This document shows positions 1 to 9,828 of a DNA stretch of 64,000 bases, piece after piece (positions within the stretch are counted from its first letter, which is position 1; each line of letters opens with the position of its first letter). The notes beneath the pieces are model-generated. The model ran no database searches and was not told the DNA's origin. It saw nothing but the letters and a program-made list of their open reading frames with translations. A program made the translations under genes and the position numbers. Source of the stretch: a virus (Duplodnaviria; Caudoviricetes); IMG/VR virus record IMGVR_UViG_2871871566_000003, positions 11,671 through 75,670 of that record; one strand, written 5' to 3'.

Positions 1-211
1 TACAGCACCTCCTCTTCGGTCTTGGTATTAATCACGAAATGGAGGTATAGGTAATGAGTGTAGCAACACAAGTAAACTACTGTTGTCCTTTCTACGGAAG
101 AAAATGTTACCAATGCGGTTATTGGAATCGTAGAGGAAATGAATGTGAGATAATAACTCATCAAGACAGAAAAATTGGTGATTAACGCCTTCGGGCATAA
201 ATAGATAGAAT

Positions 212-427
212 ATGAATATAGACAAATTAGAAAGAGCAAATATCTTAGCCAAGAGTTTAATTCCTAAAGTAAATGAACTCTTAAATATGTCTCCAAAATC
301 AATGCGTAGTAGTCTTGCTGATGCTATTTGGGAGCTTTCAGAGTGTGATGAAGAGTTTAAAACCAAACTCAAGCAGATACTGAATGAAACAAAACAGAGA
401 TTTCAGAAAGAGTTTGACGAGCTTTAG
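212..427 (+). CDS. Hypothetical phage protein
   Basis: 71-aa ORF with AT-rich start context in a co-directional small-gene array. Confidence 0.75.
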   Translation: MNIDKLERANILAKSLIPKVNELLNMSPKSMRSSLADAIWELSECDEEFKTKLKQILNETKQRFQKEFDEL

Positions 428-464
428 TAACTAACCGTCCTTATAGGACATAAATATAAGTAAT

Positions 465-713
465 ATGATTAAAAAGTACAGAAAGAAACCAGTTACCATT
501 GAAGCTATTCAGTGGAATGGTAAGAATTTGTCTGAGATTGACAATTTTATGGGTGGAATCGTTGAAAACAAAGAAACTACCCTTGTAATTCATACCTTAG
601 AGGGAGATATGGAAGCATCTATTGGTGACTATATCATCAAAGGTGTAAACGGAGAATTCTATCCTTGTAAGCCTGATATTTTCGCCAAGACTTACGAGGA
701 AGTAATAGAGTAA
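465..713 (+). CDS. Conserved small phage protein (IGDYIIK...[11 protein letters not shown] type)
   Basis: Motif [13 protein letters not shown]...[20 protein letters not shown] is typical of a widespread phage family. Confidence 0.8.
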   Translation: MIKKYRKKPVTIEAIQWNGKNLSEIDNFMGGIVENKETTLVIHTLEGDMEASIGDYIIKGVNGEFYPCKPDIFAKTYEEVIE

Positions 714-759
714 CTAACCACTCTCTCCTGCAAAAGGGAGAGGATAAAAAGAAGAGAAT

Positions 760-1064
760 ATGGATGCAAGTAAAATAACATTAAGTAGCTATATTGCATA
801 TCTTAAAGGTATGTATAAACGATATGGCAATATAAGTATTGCGCAACTAAAGCACATAGAAAGAAACAGAAAAAAGGAGGGTAAGCAATGAGTAAAGAAA
901 AAGCTATTGAGAAAATACAATATGCTGTAATGCAAGTAGCTTCTGTATATGCCTGTTCTGCTATCTTTGATGAAAAGACAAAGATAATAGAAGGCAGACA
1001 GAAAGAACTTGAAAAAGCGATTATCAATTTGCATGATGCACTTAAAGAGTTGGAGAATGTGTAA
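760..1064 (+). CDS. Two tandem small hypothetical ORFs (MDASKITL...; MSKEKAIEK...) absent from the ORF track
   Basis: Hand-translated; ATGA-coupled; fill the gap between annotated genes. Confidence 0.55.
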
Positions 1065-1089
1065 GAAATGATATTTAATCAAAGTGATT

Positions 1090-1443
1090 ATGGATAAGAA
1101 GAAAGTTAAAGAGCTGATAGAGCAGGTATTGAATTACTGCGACCAATGTTATAACCATAATTGGCAACCAAAGTCATTTAAGGAGTTTATTAAGCTAGGC
1201 AATATCTGTAGAGAAGTCATCAAGGAAATAGATAAGTCAGACTGGGTATCTGTTAAGGATGGGTTGCCACCTTATGGAGAAGAAGTTTTTGTAACAAGCA
1301 AGATGGCTCCTGATAATGTTTTCAAAAACAGAAGAGTGGAATGCACTACCGTCCCAAAAGATGATAATGACTTCATCATCTTATGGGAAGGGAGAATGGC
1401 TCGTATCACTCATTGGAAACCTATTAAGAAATTGGAGGACTAG
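1090..1443 (+). CDS. DUF551-like phage protein
   Basis: DWVSVKDGLPP...ITHWKP motif. Confidence 0.7.
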   Translation: MDKKKVKELIEQVLNYCDQCYNHNWQPKSFKEFIKLGNICREVIKEIDKSDWVSVKDGLPPYGEEVFVTSKMAPDNVFKNRRVECTTVPKDDNDFIILWEGRMARITHWKPIKKLED

Positions 1444-1446
1444 AAT

Positions 1447-1857
1447 ATGGAGAAAATTTATAAAGGAGAAATTCAAATATTAATGCCTATCTTTCAGGCA
1501 ATGATAGATGGTAAGACCATCCAAGTCAAGAATGGCAATGGTTGGATAGATATAGATGGTGACGAAGATGGCTTAAATCTTGATTCACTCATAGACTTTC
1601 AAGATTGCTATCGCATCAAGCCTAAACCAAGGTACCGTCCATTCAAGGATGCTGAGGAGTGTTGGCTGGTGATGCAGAAACATCAGCCTTTCGGGTGGAT
1701 GAAGTTTAAAGATACAAAATGTGGGTATTATATGCTTACAAATGTTTCGGCTGGCGTAGGAGTTGGCATTAATGATTCTCTATTCAGTTATGAGAGAATT
1801 TTTAATGATTACACCTTTGCCGATGGCACTCCATTTGGCGTAAAAGTGGAGGAATAG
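1447..1857 (+). CDS. Hypothetical Bacteroidales phage protein
   Basis: YRIKPKPRYRPFKDAEECW...WMK...YTFADGTPFG pattern. Confidence 0.75.
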   Translation: MEKIYKGEIQILMPIFQAMIDGKTIQVKNGNGWIDIDGDEDGLNLDSLIDFQDCYRIKPKPRYRPFKDAEECWLVMQKHQPFGWMKFKDTKCGYYMLTNVSAGVGVGINDSLFSYERIFNDYTFADGTPFGVKVEE

Positions 1858-1860
1858 ATT

Positions 1861-2180
1861 ATGATTCAAATACACAAACACGACAAGGGCGAATTGTATT
1901 CTATATACGGTTTCTTTATTGACCCCAATAAAGATGTGTGGGTTGACAAGAAACAACTTATGGAATTATACAATGAGATTAAGAAAATAAAAGAGGAGGA
2001 ATAGTTATGGCAAGAGAATTTGAAGTAAGTATTAGAGTTACCATTGATTCTAAGTGCAAAGATAGTGACGATGGTATTATAGAAGCACTTGAGTATTGGG
2101 CAGATAAGTATTTTTATACACATTGTTGTAATAATGGACATATAGAGAATACTTATAGTATCGCACGTAAAATTAAATAA
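1861..2180 (+). CDS. Two small hypothetical ORFs (MIQIHKHDK...; MAREFEVSI...)
   Basis: Hand-translated, tightly packed between flanking genes. Confidence 0.55.
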
Positions 2181-2182
2181 AA

Positions 2183-2620
2183 ATGGAAAGTATGCACGAA
2201 GAAATTATAGGAGCAGGAGTAGCTAACTTATTTATTGAGCGAATGAAGTTAGAGGGATGGTTGCCAATTAAAGAGTATTTCAAGATGGAAAAACTTGGAA
2301 TTGAGCTTGATTGGGTATTGGTTCTTACTATGGAGAATGATGGATTTATCGCAATACCAATGGTAGCAGAATATCTTGTTCCACATAAATATAGTGGGCG
2401 AAAATCTGGTTGGTATAAAGATGATATTGATAATCCAAATAGGAGAATTGACGATTGGACTAATGTCATCATGTTCAAACTTTTAGATAAGCCTTATATT
2501 GACGAAATAAGGGATTCTATTCTTGACAAATATAAAGAGTCTGAAGGTGTTACAGATACTCATGCTTATAATTTGTCTTTCAATGAGACGGTTATTAAAC
2601 AATGTAAGGGAATTAAATGA
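2183..2620 (+). CDS. Hypothetical phage protein
   Basis: 145-aa ORF in the array. Confidence 0.75.
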   Translation: MESMHEEIIGAGVANLFIERMKLEGWLPIKEYFKMEKLGIELDWVLVLTMENDGFIAIPMVAEYLVPHKYSGRKSGWYKDDIDNPNRRIDDWTNVIMFKLLDKPYIDEIRDSILDKYKESEGVTDTHAYNLSFNETVIKQCKGIK

Positions 2621-2629
2621 TTATAGCGT

Positions 2630-3097
2630 ATGAAACAAAGAATATTAGATATGTGTTGCGGATCTCGTATGTTTTATTTCGATAAGCAAGACCCACAGGT
2701 TCTTTTTACCGACATAAGAGAATATCACGACACATTATGTGATGGACGCAAATTAGACGTACAACCCGATATGATAGCCGATTGCACTAATTTGCCATTC
2801 GAAGATGAAACATTCAATATGGTTGTATTCGACCCTCCTCATCTGCTAAAAGTAGGACAGAACTCATGGTTATGCAAGAAATATGGTAAGCTGCCCGAAA
2901 ATTGGCAAGCATTCATCAACGATTCTATCCATGAGGGCATGAGGGTGCTGAAAACAAACGGAACACTCATTTTTAAGTGGAACGAGCAACAGATAAAGGT
3001 TAGTGATGTGCTAAAGGCAATCACCGATTACAAACCTATATTCGGGCACCGTACCACCATCAAGAACCAAACTATTTGGATGGCATTCATGAAATAA
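2630..3097 (+). CDS. Orphan SAM-dependent (amino-DNA type) methyltransferase
   Basis: ILDMCCGSRMF SAM-binding motif and VVFDPPH catalytic-type motif. Confidence 0.85.
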   Translation: MKQRILDMCCGSRMFYFDKQDPQVLFTDIREYHDTLCDGRKLDVQPDMIADCTNLPFEDETFNMVVFDPPHLLKVGQNSWLCKKYGKLPENWQAFINDSIHEGMRVLKTNGTLIFKWNEQQIKVSDVLKAITDYKPIFGHRTTIKNQTIWMAFMK

Positions 3098-3105
3098 ATA
3101 ACCCA

Positions 3106-3148
3106 CAATCCCCACCCAGCTATCACAGCCGAGTGGGGATTTCTTTTC
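3106..3148. terminator. Probable bidirectional intrinsic terminator
   Basis: ATCCCCAC...GTGGGGAT stem followed by TTCTTTT, between convergent genes. Confidence 0.65.
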
Positions 3149-3209
3149 GCAATGAAACAATCTACTTAAAACCTAATTAATACAACTAACAAAAATAAAA
3201 AAGTAAAAT

Positions 3210-3521
3210 CTATACCAATCTATCTATATATTTATCTAAATCCTTTTCGTACCAAACTAGCTCGGTCCATCCTTTCCGCTTTTTACCATTTGGCAGCCTG
3301 CCTTCTTTCACAAGGCGGTCAAAGGTAGCCCTAGAAACATGAACATATCCGCATGCCTCAGCCTTGCTGATAGGCTCGTCTTTGTTGGCTATGCGGTGCA
3401 GAAAATCTAACATGAAAGCATTTTGCTGTTTGTTAGTTAAGCATCTTCCGCTCTGAATCCGCTCATGAAATTCCATCAGGAGCGAATCAATCATCTGCAG
3501 TTCTTCGCTAATCTTCGCCAT
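3210..3521 (-). CDS. MerR/AlpA-like HTH DNA-binding protein
   Basis: ISKAEACGYVHVSRATFDRLVKEGRLP wHTH signature. Confidence 0.7.
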   Translation of the reverse strand: MAKISEELQMIDSLLMEFHERIQSGRCLTNKQQNAFMLDFLHRIANKDEPISKAEACGYVHVSRATFDRLVKEGRLPNGKKRKGWTELVWYEKDLDKYIDRLV

Positions 3522-3524
3522 AAG

Positions 3525-3965
3525 CTAGCACTTTTTGTTTCTATACCAGAGAGTGAACCCAATCGCGCAAGCCGCCAGTACGAACAGAAAGGCGATATAG
3601 CATCTGCCCAGCGACATCAGCCTTTGCTCGTTCTTCGTCAGTTGCCGCTCTATAGGATAAGGCACGGCTACAGAATCCCTCTTGATGATCGTGTCCGTCT
3701 TCACCTTATATATATTATGATACCGGTCCCGATAAACCACCTTATTATGGAAAACCGTATCACCCTTCTGAAAAACATATACCGAATCCTTCATGTAGAT
3801 ACTATCCAACTTAGCAAAAGTATCAGTTCTGCATACGTATTCAGTTCTAACAGAAGGAATCTTGATATATTCCTTCGTCTTGCATCCTGTAAATGCCAAT
3901 AGGATAATTCCAATCACCAGCCCGATGCAAGCCAATTTCCAAAACCTTATGTCATACCATTTCAT
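3525..3965 (-). CDS. Lysis-cassette lipoprotein (spanin-like)
   Basis: Lipobox LLAFTGC, C-terminal TM helix, follows the endolysin. Confidence 0.6.
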   Translation of the reverse strand: MKWYDIRFWKLACIGLVIGIILLAFTGCKTKEYIKIPSVRTEYVCRTDTFAKLDSIYMKDSVYVFQKGDTVFHNKVVYRDRYHNIYKVKTDTIIKRDSVAVPYPIERQLTKNEQRLMSLGRCYIAFLFVLAACAIGFTLWYRNKKC

Positions 3966-3968
3966 AAG

Positions 3969-4412
3969 CTATATATCTTTGTATTCAACTTTAGCGTCAA
4001 AGCAAGGGCACTCCTTGATTCTCTCCCAAGGATCCACTACGCCGTTATGGTTCCTGTCGGGCGAAATATCTCTGTGCCCCAAGATTTCAGCATCCGGATA
4101 TTTCTTCTTCAGCTGAGTGAGCAGAGTGATAAGCGATTTCTTCTGCTCCTCAGTTCTGTTGTCTACCGCCTTTCCCTTCTTGTTGATGCCGCCAACATAA
4201 GCCACATTGATAGCCGTAGCATTATATCCCTTCACACCGTTGCTAACCATTTCTACCGGCAGCATCTGGTGAATCCCACCATCAGCAGTAATCACATAAT
4301 GGTAGCCTGGGTTATTCCAACCTTTTCGCTTAAACTCATCCCAAAGCTCCTTCACGCCCCATTTCTGAGAAGAGGCACTGCAATGAACAAAAATTCTCTT
4401 AATCAGTCTCAT
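3969..4412 (-). CDS. Endolysin, N-acetylmuramoyl-L-alanine amidase (Amidase_2, T7-lysozyme-like)
   Basis: IFVHCSA, GYHY, GHRD, CPCFD zinc-amidase motifs. Confidence 0.92.
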   Translation of the reverse strand: MRLIKRIFVHCSASSQKWGVKELWDEFKRKGWNNPGYHYVITADGGIHQMLPVEMVSNGVKGYNATAINVAYVGGINKKGKAVDNRTEEQKKSLITLLTQLKKKYPDAEILGHRDISPDRNHNGVVDPWERIKECPCFDAKVEYKDI

Positions 4413-4852
4413 TTCTTCTCCTCCTTTCCCTGCTCCTTTATAATCTCAGCAAAAGCTCTGGCCAAGTCTTCTTTGTTCTCCAGAAGAATGCTTACCGTCT
4501 TCTCCTGCTTCCGTATCTCAGCCTTCTGCCAGCTCTTCTCTCTTACGCTTACAAATTCACAGAACACGCAATAGCCTGCCCAAATCATAGAGAAGACAGG
4601 GAAGGGGAGAACCGTACAGGCTATCAGGTCTATGCAGACCGTCACCATGAAGGGAGAGAAGTATTTCCTCGCCTTGTCGCAAGTCTTCTTGAATCCTGTA
4701 CTTGTCGTAGCCAGTCCGTTTTCTTTCGCTTTCTTGATGCCAAAGAACAGGTCCACGCCCATAGAAATGATAAGAGCACCCATGCAGATGGCAATAACCA
4801 ATGCCGATCTGTACAGGTGCTCTTGTAAAAATGTATGTACTATCTCTGCCAT
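4409..4852 (-). CDS. Phage holin
   Basis: 2-3 TM segments; 4-bp overlap with the endolysin. Confidence 0.75.
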   Translation of the reverse strand: MAEIVHTFLQEHLYRSALVIAICMGALIISMGVDLFFGIKKAKENGLATTSTGFKKTCDKARKYFSPFMVTVCIDLIACTVLPFPVFSMIWAGYCVFCEFVSVREKSWQKAEIRKQEKTVSILLENKEDLARAFAEIIKEQGKEEKK

Positions 4853-4878
4853 ATATCATTATTTTTGATTAATGGCTA

Positions 4879-4920
4879 CAAAGATAAAAGGCTTTTCAAT
4901 AGCTTTTGCCGTGTTCCAAC
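4879..4920 (-). promoter_or_regulatory. Putative late promoter of the lysis operon (16-bp motif + 18 bp + -7 box)
   Basis: GTTGGAACACGGCAAA (4920-4905) then TATCTTTG (4886-4879). Confidence 0.7.
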
Positions 4921-5382
4921 TTAGCTGTTCATGTACCACCAGATTTTATCTGTAGGGTGGTTTGTCGATTCGTCACAGAGGAAACTGATAGCAAGTTCCG
5001 AAATCCTTTTTCTTGTGGTGTCTTTGTTCTTCGACCATTTGCCAACCACGTCTATATGGTCAGCATACATCTTATTCATCGTTACCGCAAAATCCCAGAA
5101 GTTGTAGTCCGGTATGTTCCATGATAACCTTTCATAGTCCTCCTTCAACTCATCAAACCCGAAGTAAGGAGCATACTTTTTGTGAACATCATCATCAAAA
5201 TAATAGATGTTGGCGATGCAGGCTCTGCCCAGTTGCTCGTCAAAGTGATGCTTTCTTTCCATCCAGTAAAGAAGATTCCTCTGCACAATCCTCTCTTCTT
5301 CCTCTGTAAACCCACACTCATCGTTTCTTAGCATCCCAAAGGCAGATTCTGCTATTCGATAGAGCGATTTTGATAAATCCAT
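4921..5382 (-). CDS. Hypothetical phage protein
   Basis: 153-aa ORF, YNFWDFAVTMN motif. Confidence 0.75.
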   Translation of the reverse strand: MDLSKSLYRIAESAFGMLRNDECGFTEEEERIVQRNLLYWMERKHHFDEQLGRACIANIYYFDDDVHKKYAPYFGFDELKEDYERLSWNIPDYNFWDFAVTMNKMYADHIDVVGKWSKNKDTTRKRISELAISFLCDESTNHPTDKIWWYMNS

Positions 5383-5804
5383 AAGCGTAAAGCATTAAAG
5401 TGAATATGATAAACACATGGTGCATCTCCAGCTGCTCGGGAGTGATGAGCCAGTGCTGATAATACAATCTGATAGCGTTGATACCAAAGAAATAAAAGAA
5501 CGGAATGCGATAAATCCAGCAGTATCTGAAAAAGAAACTAACCGGAATCATGGATAAAGGCATATAGATATACGCCAGTATGTAAATCCAGATGATGCAG
5601 TTGCCGCTATAGTTGGTATCTATTATGGTAGGTCTAGGGATAATGCCCATAGTCCCATACGCCGTACCAATGACCTAACATCAATGGTATGGGTGCCCAC
5701 TTTGCTAGAAGTTCATAGAACCTCCAAATCTTCCTACTCAATAAGCCTTCCATTACTAAGGCTTCCTCCTCTTTCGAGAGAGGTGATTCCTGTTTTGTTC
5801 TCAT
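5318..5804 (-). pseudogene. Membrane protein gene split by a 1-nt frameshift
   Basis: ATG 5804 reads MRTKQESP...WDYGHYP then TAG at 5636-5634; continues in another frame (RPTIIDTN...TM helices) to 5318; total span is 3n+1. Confidence 0.6.
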
Positions 5805-6005
5805 TTTGTTATGATTTTATGGCTTAATCTTACCTTTTGTTAACTGTTTCTGAGGTTTGCATCTCATTTTGTTGCAAAGTTAAACTTTTTCTTTCGTAAC
5901 ACCATGAAAACCAACATAATATTAAACTTATTTAAATCTTTATGTGCTTATTTGGTCATATTCTAAATAATATGTATATTTGCAACATCTTAATGTAGCA
6001 TTTAT

Positions 6006-6461
6006 ATGGCAAGAGCAAATTACGAATTGATTGACAGACAGAGGGATGATCTGATGAAGGCGTATCGGGAGATAGCTCCTAATTGCCATTCCCAACAGGA
6101 GGCTTGGGAAAAGGTGGTCCATTCTCCTGCTCCCAGATACTATGTTTCTCCCAAAAGAGCTTGGGATATACTCCGCAGAATGGCAGTCGGTGATTTCTCA
6201 AAGGTGGATAGCATGAAGCCGATTCGGCAGAAGTTATACTATACTCTCTTCAATAGGATGAACGAAATGACGCAGCGCAAGGAGTTCGTAGGCAAATCTT
6301 TATGGTTTATATGCCAGTTCCTTGTTTCTGAGCCTGCCCCCGAGTTCTTTATCCAGCCAAGTAATCTCAAATTCATTTTCGCTTACTATAAGAAATATGG
6401 GAAAAATTACAGAGAAATGGACCTTCGTAAGAAGAAACTTTCGCACAAAGCTGGTGCTTAG
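6006..6461 (+). CDS. Hypothetical helical protein, possible transcription regulator
   Basis: Two SPAPRYY/EPAPEFF repeats; own TATATTTG -7 box upstream. Confidence 0.7.
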   Translation: MARANYELIDRQRDDLMKAYREIAPNCHSQQEAWEKVVHSPAPRYYVSPKRAWDILRRMAVGDFSKVDSMKPIRQKLYYTLFNRMNEMTQRKEFVGKSLWFICQFLVSEPAPEFFIQPSNLKFIFAYYKKYGKNYREMDLRKKKLSHKAGA

Positions 6462-6879
6462 CATCATCTGCATCGTTCTGTGTACTTGGCACGTCGGTTT
6501 CTATCCCGGTTGCCCTTGGCAGAATCATATCCTGTATAGCTTCTTCCACGCCAACGGCTTTCATCTTTCCGTAAACCTGCTGGTGCTTTGGCAGATAAAG
6601 AACTATATGAAACCAGTCACTTCTCTGGCTGTTGCCTCTGTCGCTAGTCTGCTGCCCATGTATGTTAGTCAGCCTACAATGGGGCTTTCCGGTTTCCTGT
6701 TCGCATCCTTTGGTTTGATGTGGGGTAAGACAGGACGATGGAAAGAGGCATTAAAGAAAGCGATGCCGTTCATCCTGTTCACAATGATACTGAGTAATGT
6801 GAACGGACTTCTCCATCTTTACTGCTTCGTATTAGGCTACATCGTAGCGTATTGCATAAATAATATCAAAAACAGATAA
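6397..6879 (+). CDS. Rhomboid-family intramembrane serine protease (minimal)
   Basis: HANGFHLSVN (HxxxN), MGLSG (catalytic Ser) and LLHLYCF (catalytic His) in hydrophobic helices; start uncertain. Confidence 0.85.
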   Translation: MGKITEKWTFVRRNFRTKLVLSIICIVLCTWHVGFYPGCPWQNHILYSFFHANGFHLSVNLLVLWQIKNYMKPVTSLAVASVASLLPMYVSQPTMGLSGFLFASFGLMWGKTGRWKEALKKAMPFILFTMILSNVNGLLHLYCFVLGYIVAYCINNIKNR

Positions 6880-6931
6880 CACACATATAAAGAGAATCAT
6901 GTTTTAAAAAATGTAATTTTAGATAATTTTA

Positions 6932-6965
6932 AAGGCGACCACTCGTGATGAGCAGCCGCCTTTTT
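6932..6965. terminator. Intrinsic terminator between convergent genes
   Basis: AAGGCG...CGCCTT stem plus T-run. Confidence 0.6.
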
Positions 6966-6997
6966 CATGTTATCATAAATTAGCGCGTATGAAAGAA

Positions 6998-9796
6998 TTA
7001 TCTCATTTTGTCTTCTCGTCTGCTTTGTACCTCTACTATACTTCCAGCAAAGGCATCAGCAGCCTTGAAGTTCTGCAGCGTGTACTTGAAAGTAAAATAT
7101 TTCCAAGGCTTGCCGCCGACGCTTGGCAGCTTGCACCAGTGCTTGCAGTCGTTGCTTCCGTATATCTCCAGCCCAATCGTACCTTCGTCCGAATCAAACA
7201 GATGCTTCACCGCTCTCAGCGATTTCAACGTCATGCTGCCGCCCAGTTTCAAAGGTCTGGTAGTAAATGATCCGCTATAGCTTTCCGTATCTTCGTTGAT
7301 GTCTGGCTTTCCTGTCAACGTGTAGATAGACATGGCAATATCCTGCACAACGTTGTCCGGATAGTCGTTTGCTATTTTGTCAATAGGCGCATCTGCTACA
7401 GACATGCCGAATGTTCCGTCTACCATATTATATATATAGTATATCTTCTCATTCTCATCAAAGTCCTGTTCTCCCGATTCATTCTCAAACCAACCTTTAC
7501 TCTTTTTGTATATTCTCAGCAGCGAATCTCTATAGTCATAAGCTATAATGCAATTCTTCAAGAAATCCAAGAAACTTTCTGTCTGTAGCTTCTTAAAGTT
7601 CTTTGGAATCTTCCCGCTCATTGACGTGCTTACGCATTTTGCGGTACCACCAGATATAGCCATAAGTCCTTTGTCAGATGTAAAGTATACAAGCCTGTCT
7701 GTTGGCGTAATACTATCCGGATTGTTACATACTTCTCTTGAAATAGGATGAACGCTTCCATAAAGACCTTCTGATGTTACGCTCATTGCGTATATTCCTT
7801 CATCAGTAAACACTAAAAGAGGATATTGACCGAACTGTCCCTGGCTCACTGCTTCCGTGTTGGCAACTATTCCTATTATCTTTCCTGTACCTATCGTATT
7901 ATCGCCCGATGCCTCGAAAACAAATGGATTGTTTACGACAGAAGTAAATATCTGTGAGTTTAAAACCTCAGGAACATTCATGTTTTTTATCTTTTCCAGA
8001 AGCTCTTCTTCTGTTATAGTTTCAAAAGTTGCATCGCCGTCTTTTGAAGGAAGGTTGGTAAAAGAATAAGCTCCGTTCAGAAAAGGGTGTTCTGTTAGAG
8101 GTATGTTCAGATACTTGCCAGAGCCGTACAATATGATTTCTTTTGCATTAGGATCCGGATAATAAAACCAGCCACGCAAGAAAGAGTCACTTATGCCTAT
8201 TACTCTCATAGTCCAGGTATCAACCCAATTTGATACAATATGCGTATACATTATATAATTATTATCGCTTGCTAAACCTTCTCTTCCGACGAGCTTTTTG
8301 AAACCGGCAAAAGGGTAGCGCTCTACATCATAAAGGTGTAGGCGGTTATTGTAAGTATAAATCTTTTTTGAGGTAAGCTTTGCCCAGCTATAGTAATCGT
8401 CTACTTTCAGTTGGCTTTGTGTAGACAGGTTGCTTACTACTCCGTCTGCAATGAATGTCGGCTGCCCGTAATGTGTTCCGTTCACAGAGTAAAGCCATTC
8501 TCCTCCTTCTCCTAACCCATTCGTATTGATTCCGACAGAGAATAATTTATAGAATTGCGTCTTACCTTTCAGCTCTTCTATTATATCTTGGTCCGTTTTG
8601 TACGTCGGCTGTATCTCGCTATGAGGAATAATTTTCGAAGGGATGTCATAATTAAATACATCTTCTTTGTATGATGAAAATCCATAGTTTGCAAATGGCT
8701 TTCTATGGGTGTCGTTAGGAGATAAAAAACGCCAGCCTTTACTGATTTCGAACGGAATAACCTGTTCTGTAGCAAAAACGACAATCTCCTTGATGATGTC
8801 TTTCCAATCTTCGCTTATCGAACCGAATTTAAATCTAAGCTCACTATATTCAATAAAGTAGAAAATGCTTTCTGTACCAGTCATTTGATTTAAATCGTTA
8901 TAGTATTTGTTTTCAAATGTTGCTCCACTAAATCGGCAATTTCTGTTTACAGTAGGATAGCAGATGATAGGAGCTGTTATTTTCGTATAACTTCCATCAT
9001 ATAGCTTGAATGCACACCTGATAAAAAAAGGAAACGCAAACATATTCTTGCTTTTTACCCAATTAATCGCCTGCATCACATGACCCTGTACGGTTTCCTG
9101 GAACTCATTGTAATATTTTGCACCATTAGTTCCATCTGACTTAATCCAAAAATAATGGAATTGACCTGTTTGGATCATGCCACTAGGTTCTGTTCCTCCT
9201 TGTTTTATAAATGCTCCGTTCGCATCATAATACATCGTCTGGTTTGCCGTATTGTCAACGCAGTTGCTTACATTCATGAGAGTTCTGTCGTACTCGTCTG
9301 GTCGAAACGAACCTGCATAACTCGGTTTCTCGAAAGAAAACTGATATGTTAGTTCAGGAAAATCTTTCAGAAACTTGTAGGTCTTAGACTTGTATACAAA
9401 ATAGTACAACCCGCCACTTGTAGTAACAACCACCGTATTACCTGAGCTATTTACATCATAGATTTCAACATCTATTTCGAATGATTGCCATGGCCCAGAC
9501 TCGATAGTTCCATCCTCTTTACTTTTAGCAAAGATAATTTCATCTTTTTCGTCTTTATTGTATTTGCTTTTTTGGTTGAGCATGACGTATGTTCTGTAAT
9601 CAGCGCCTTTGTGAATATATAATATAGGTCTGCCGTTTGTTACATATTTGGGTTTCTGTACCGCCTTCATTTCCCCATCCTTAAAGATAAATCCGTCACT
9701 CTCCAGCAGTTCAGAATCATCTGAAAGCAAGTCGCTAGGCACATTCGTCATGCCCTTGCTAAAGCTCAAAGTTTGTCTTTCTAAGTTTCTTTCCAT
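6998..9796 (-). CDS. Virion tail protein (tail tubular B / stabilisation-protein-like)
   Basis: 932 aa, beta-rich, immediately downstream of the terminase in the late operon. Confidence 0.55.
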   Translation of the reverse strand: MERNLERQTLSFSKGMTNVPSDLLSDDSELLESDGFIFKDGEMKAVQKPKYVTNGRPILYIHKGADYRTYVMLNQKSKYNKDEKDEIIFAKSKEDGTIESGPWQSFEIDVEIYDVNSSGNTVVVTTSGGLYYFVYKSKTYKFLKDFPELTYQFSFEKPSYAGSFRPDEYDRTLMNVSNCVDNTANQTMYYDANGAFIKQGGTEPSGMIQTGQFHYFWIKSDGTNGAKYYNEFQETVQGHVMQAINWVKSKNMFAFPFFIRCAFKLYDGSYTKITAPIICYPTVNRNCRFSGATFENKYYNDLNQMTGTESIFYFIEYSELRFKFGSISEDWKDIIKEIVVFATEQVIPFEISKGWRFLSPNDTHRKPFANYGFSSYKEDVFNYDIPSKIIPHSEIQPTYKTDQDIIEELKGKTQFYKLFSVGINTNGLGEGGEWLYSVNGTHYGQPTFIADGVVSNLSTQSQLKVDDYYSWAKLTSKKIYTYNNRLHLYDVERYPFAGFKKLVGREGLASDNNYIMYTHIVSNWVDTWTMRVIGISDSFLRGWFYYPDPNAKEIILYGSGKYLNIPLTEHPFLNGAYSFTNLPSKDGDATFETITEEELLEKIKNMNVPEVLNSQIFTSVVNNPFVFEASGDNTIGTGKIIGIVANTEAVSQGQFGQYPLLVFTDEGIYAMSVTSEGLYGSVHPISREVCNNPDSITPTDRLVYFTSDKGLMAISGGTAKCVSTSMSGKIPKNFKKLQTESFLDFLKNCIIAYDYRDSLLRIYKKSKGWFENESGEQDFDENEKIYYIYNMVDGTFGMSVADAPIDKIANDYPDNVVQDIAMSIYTLTGKPDINEDTESYSGSFTTRPLKLGGSMTLKSLRAVKHLFDSDEGTIGLEIYGSNDCKHWCKLPSVGGKPWKYFTFKYTLQNFKAADAFAGSIVEVQSRREDKMR

Positions 9797-9828
9797 AATA
9801 ATTCAACATTTAACATTCAACACTCCCC

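Noticed and set aside
5875-5916. Fifth copy of the late-promoter motif upstream of 5804
   Set aside because: Only GTTGG matches and it is offset by one base; treated as an ordinary -7 promoter.
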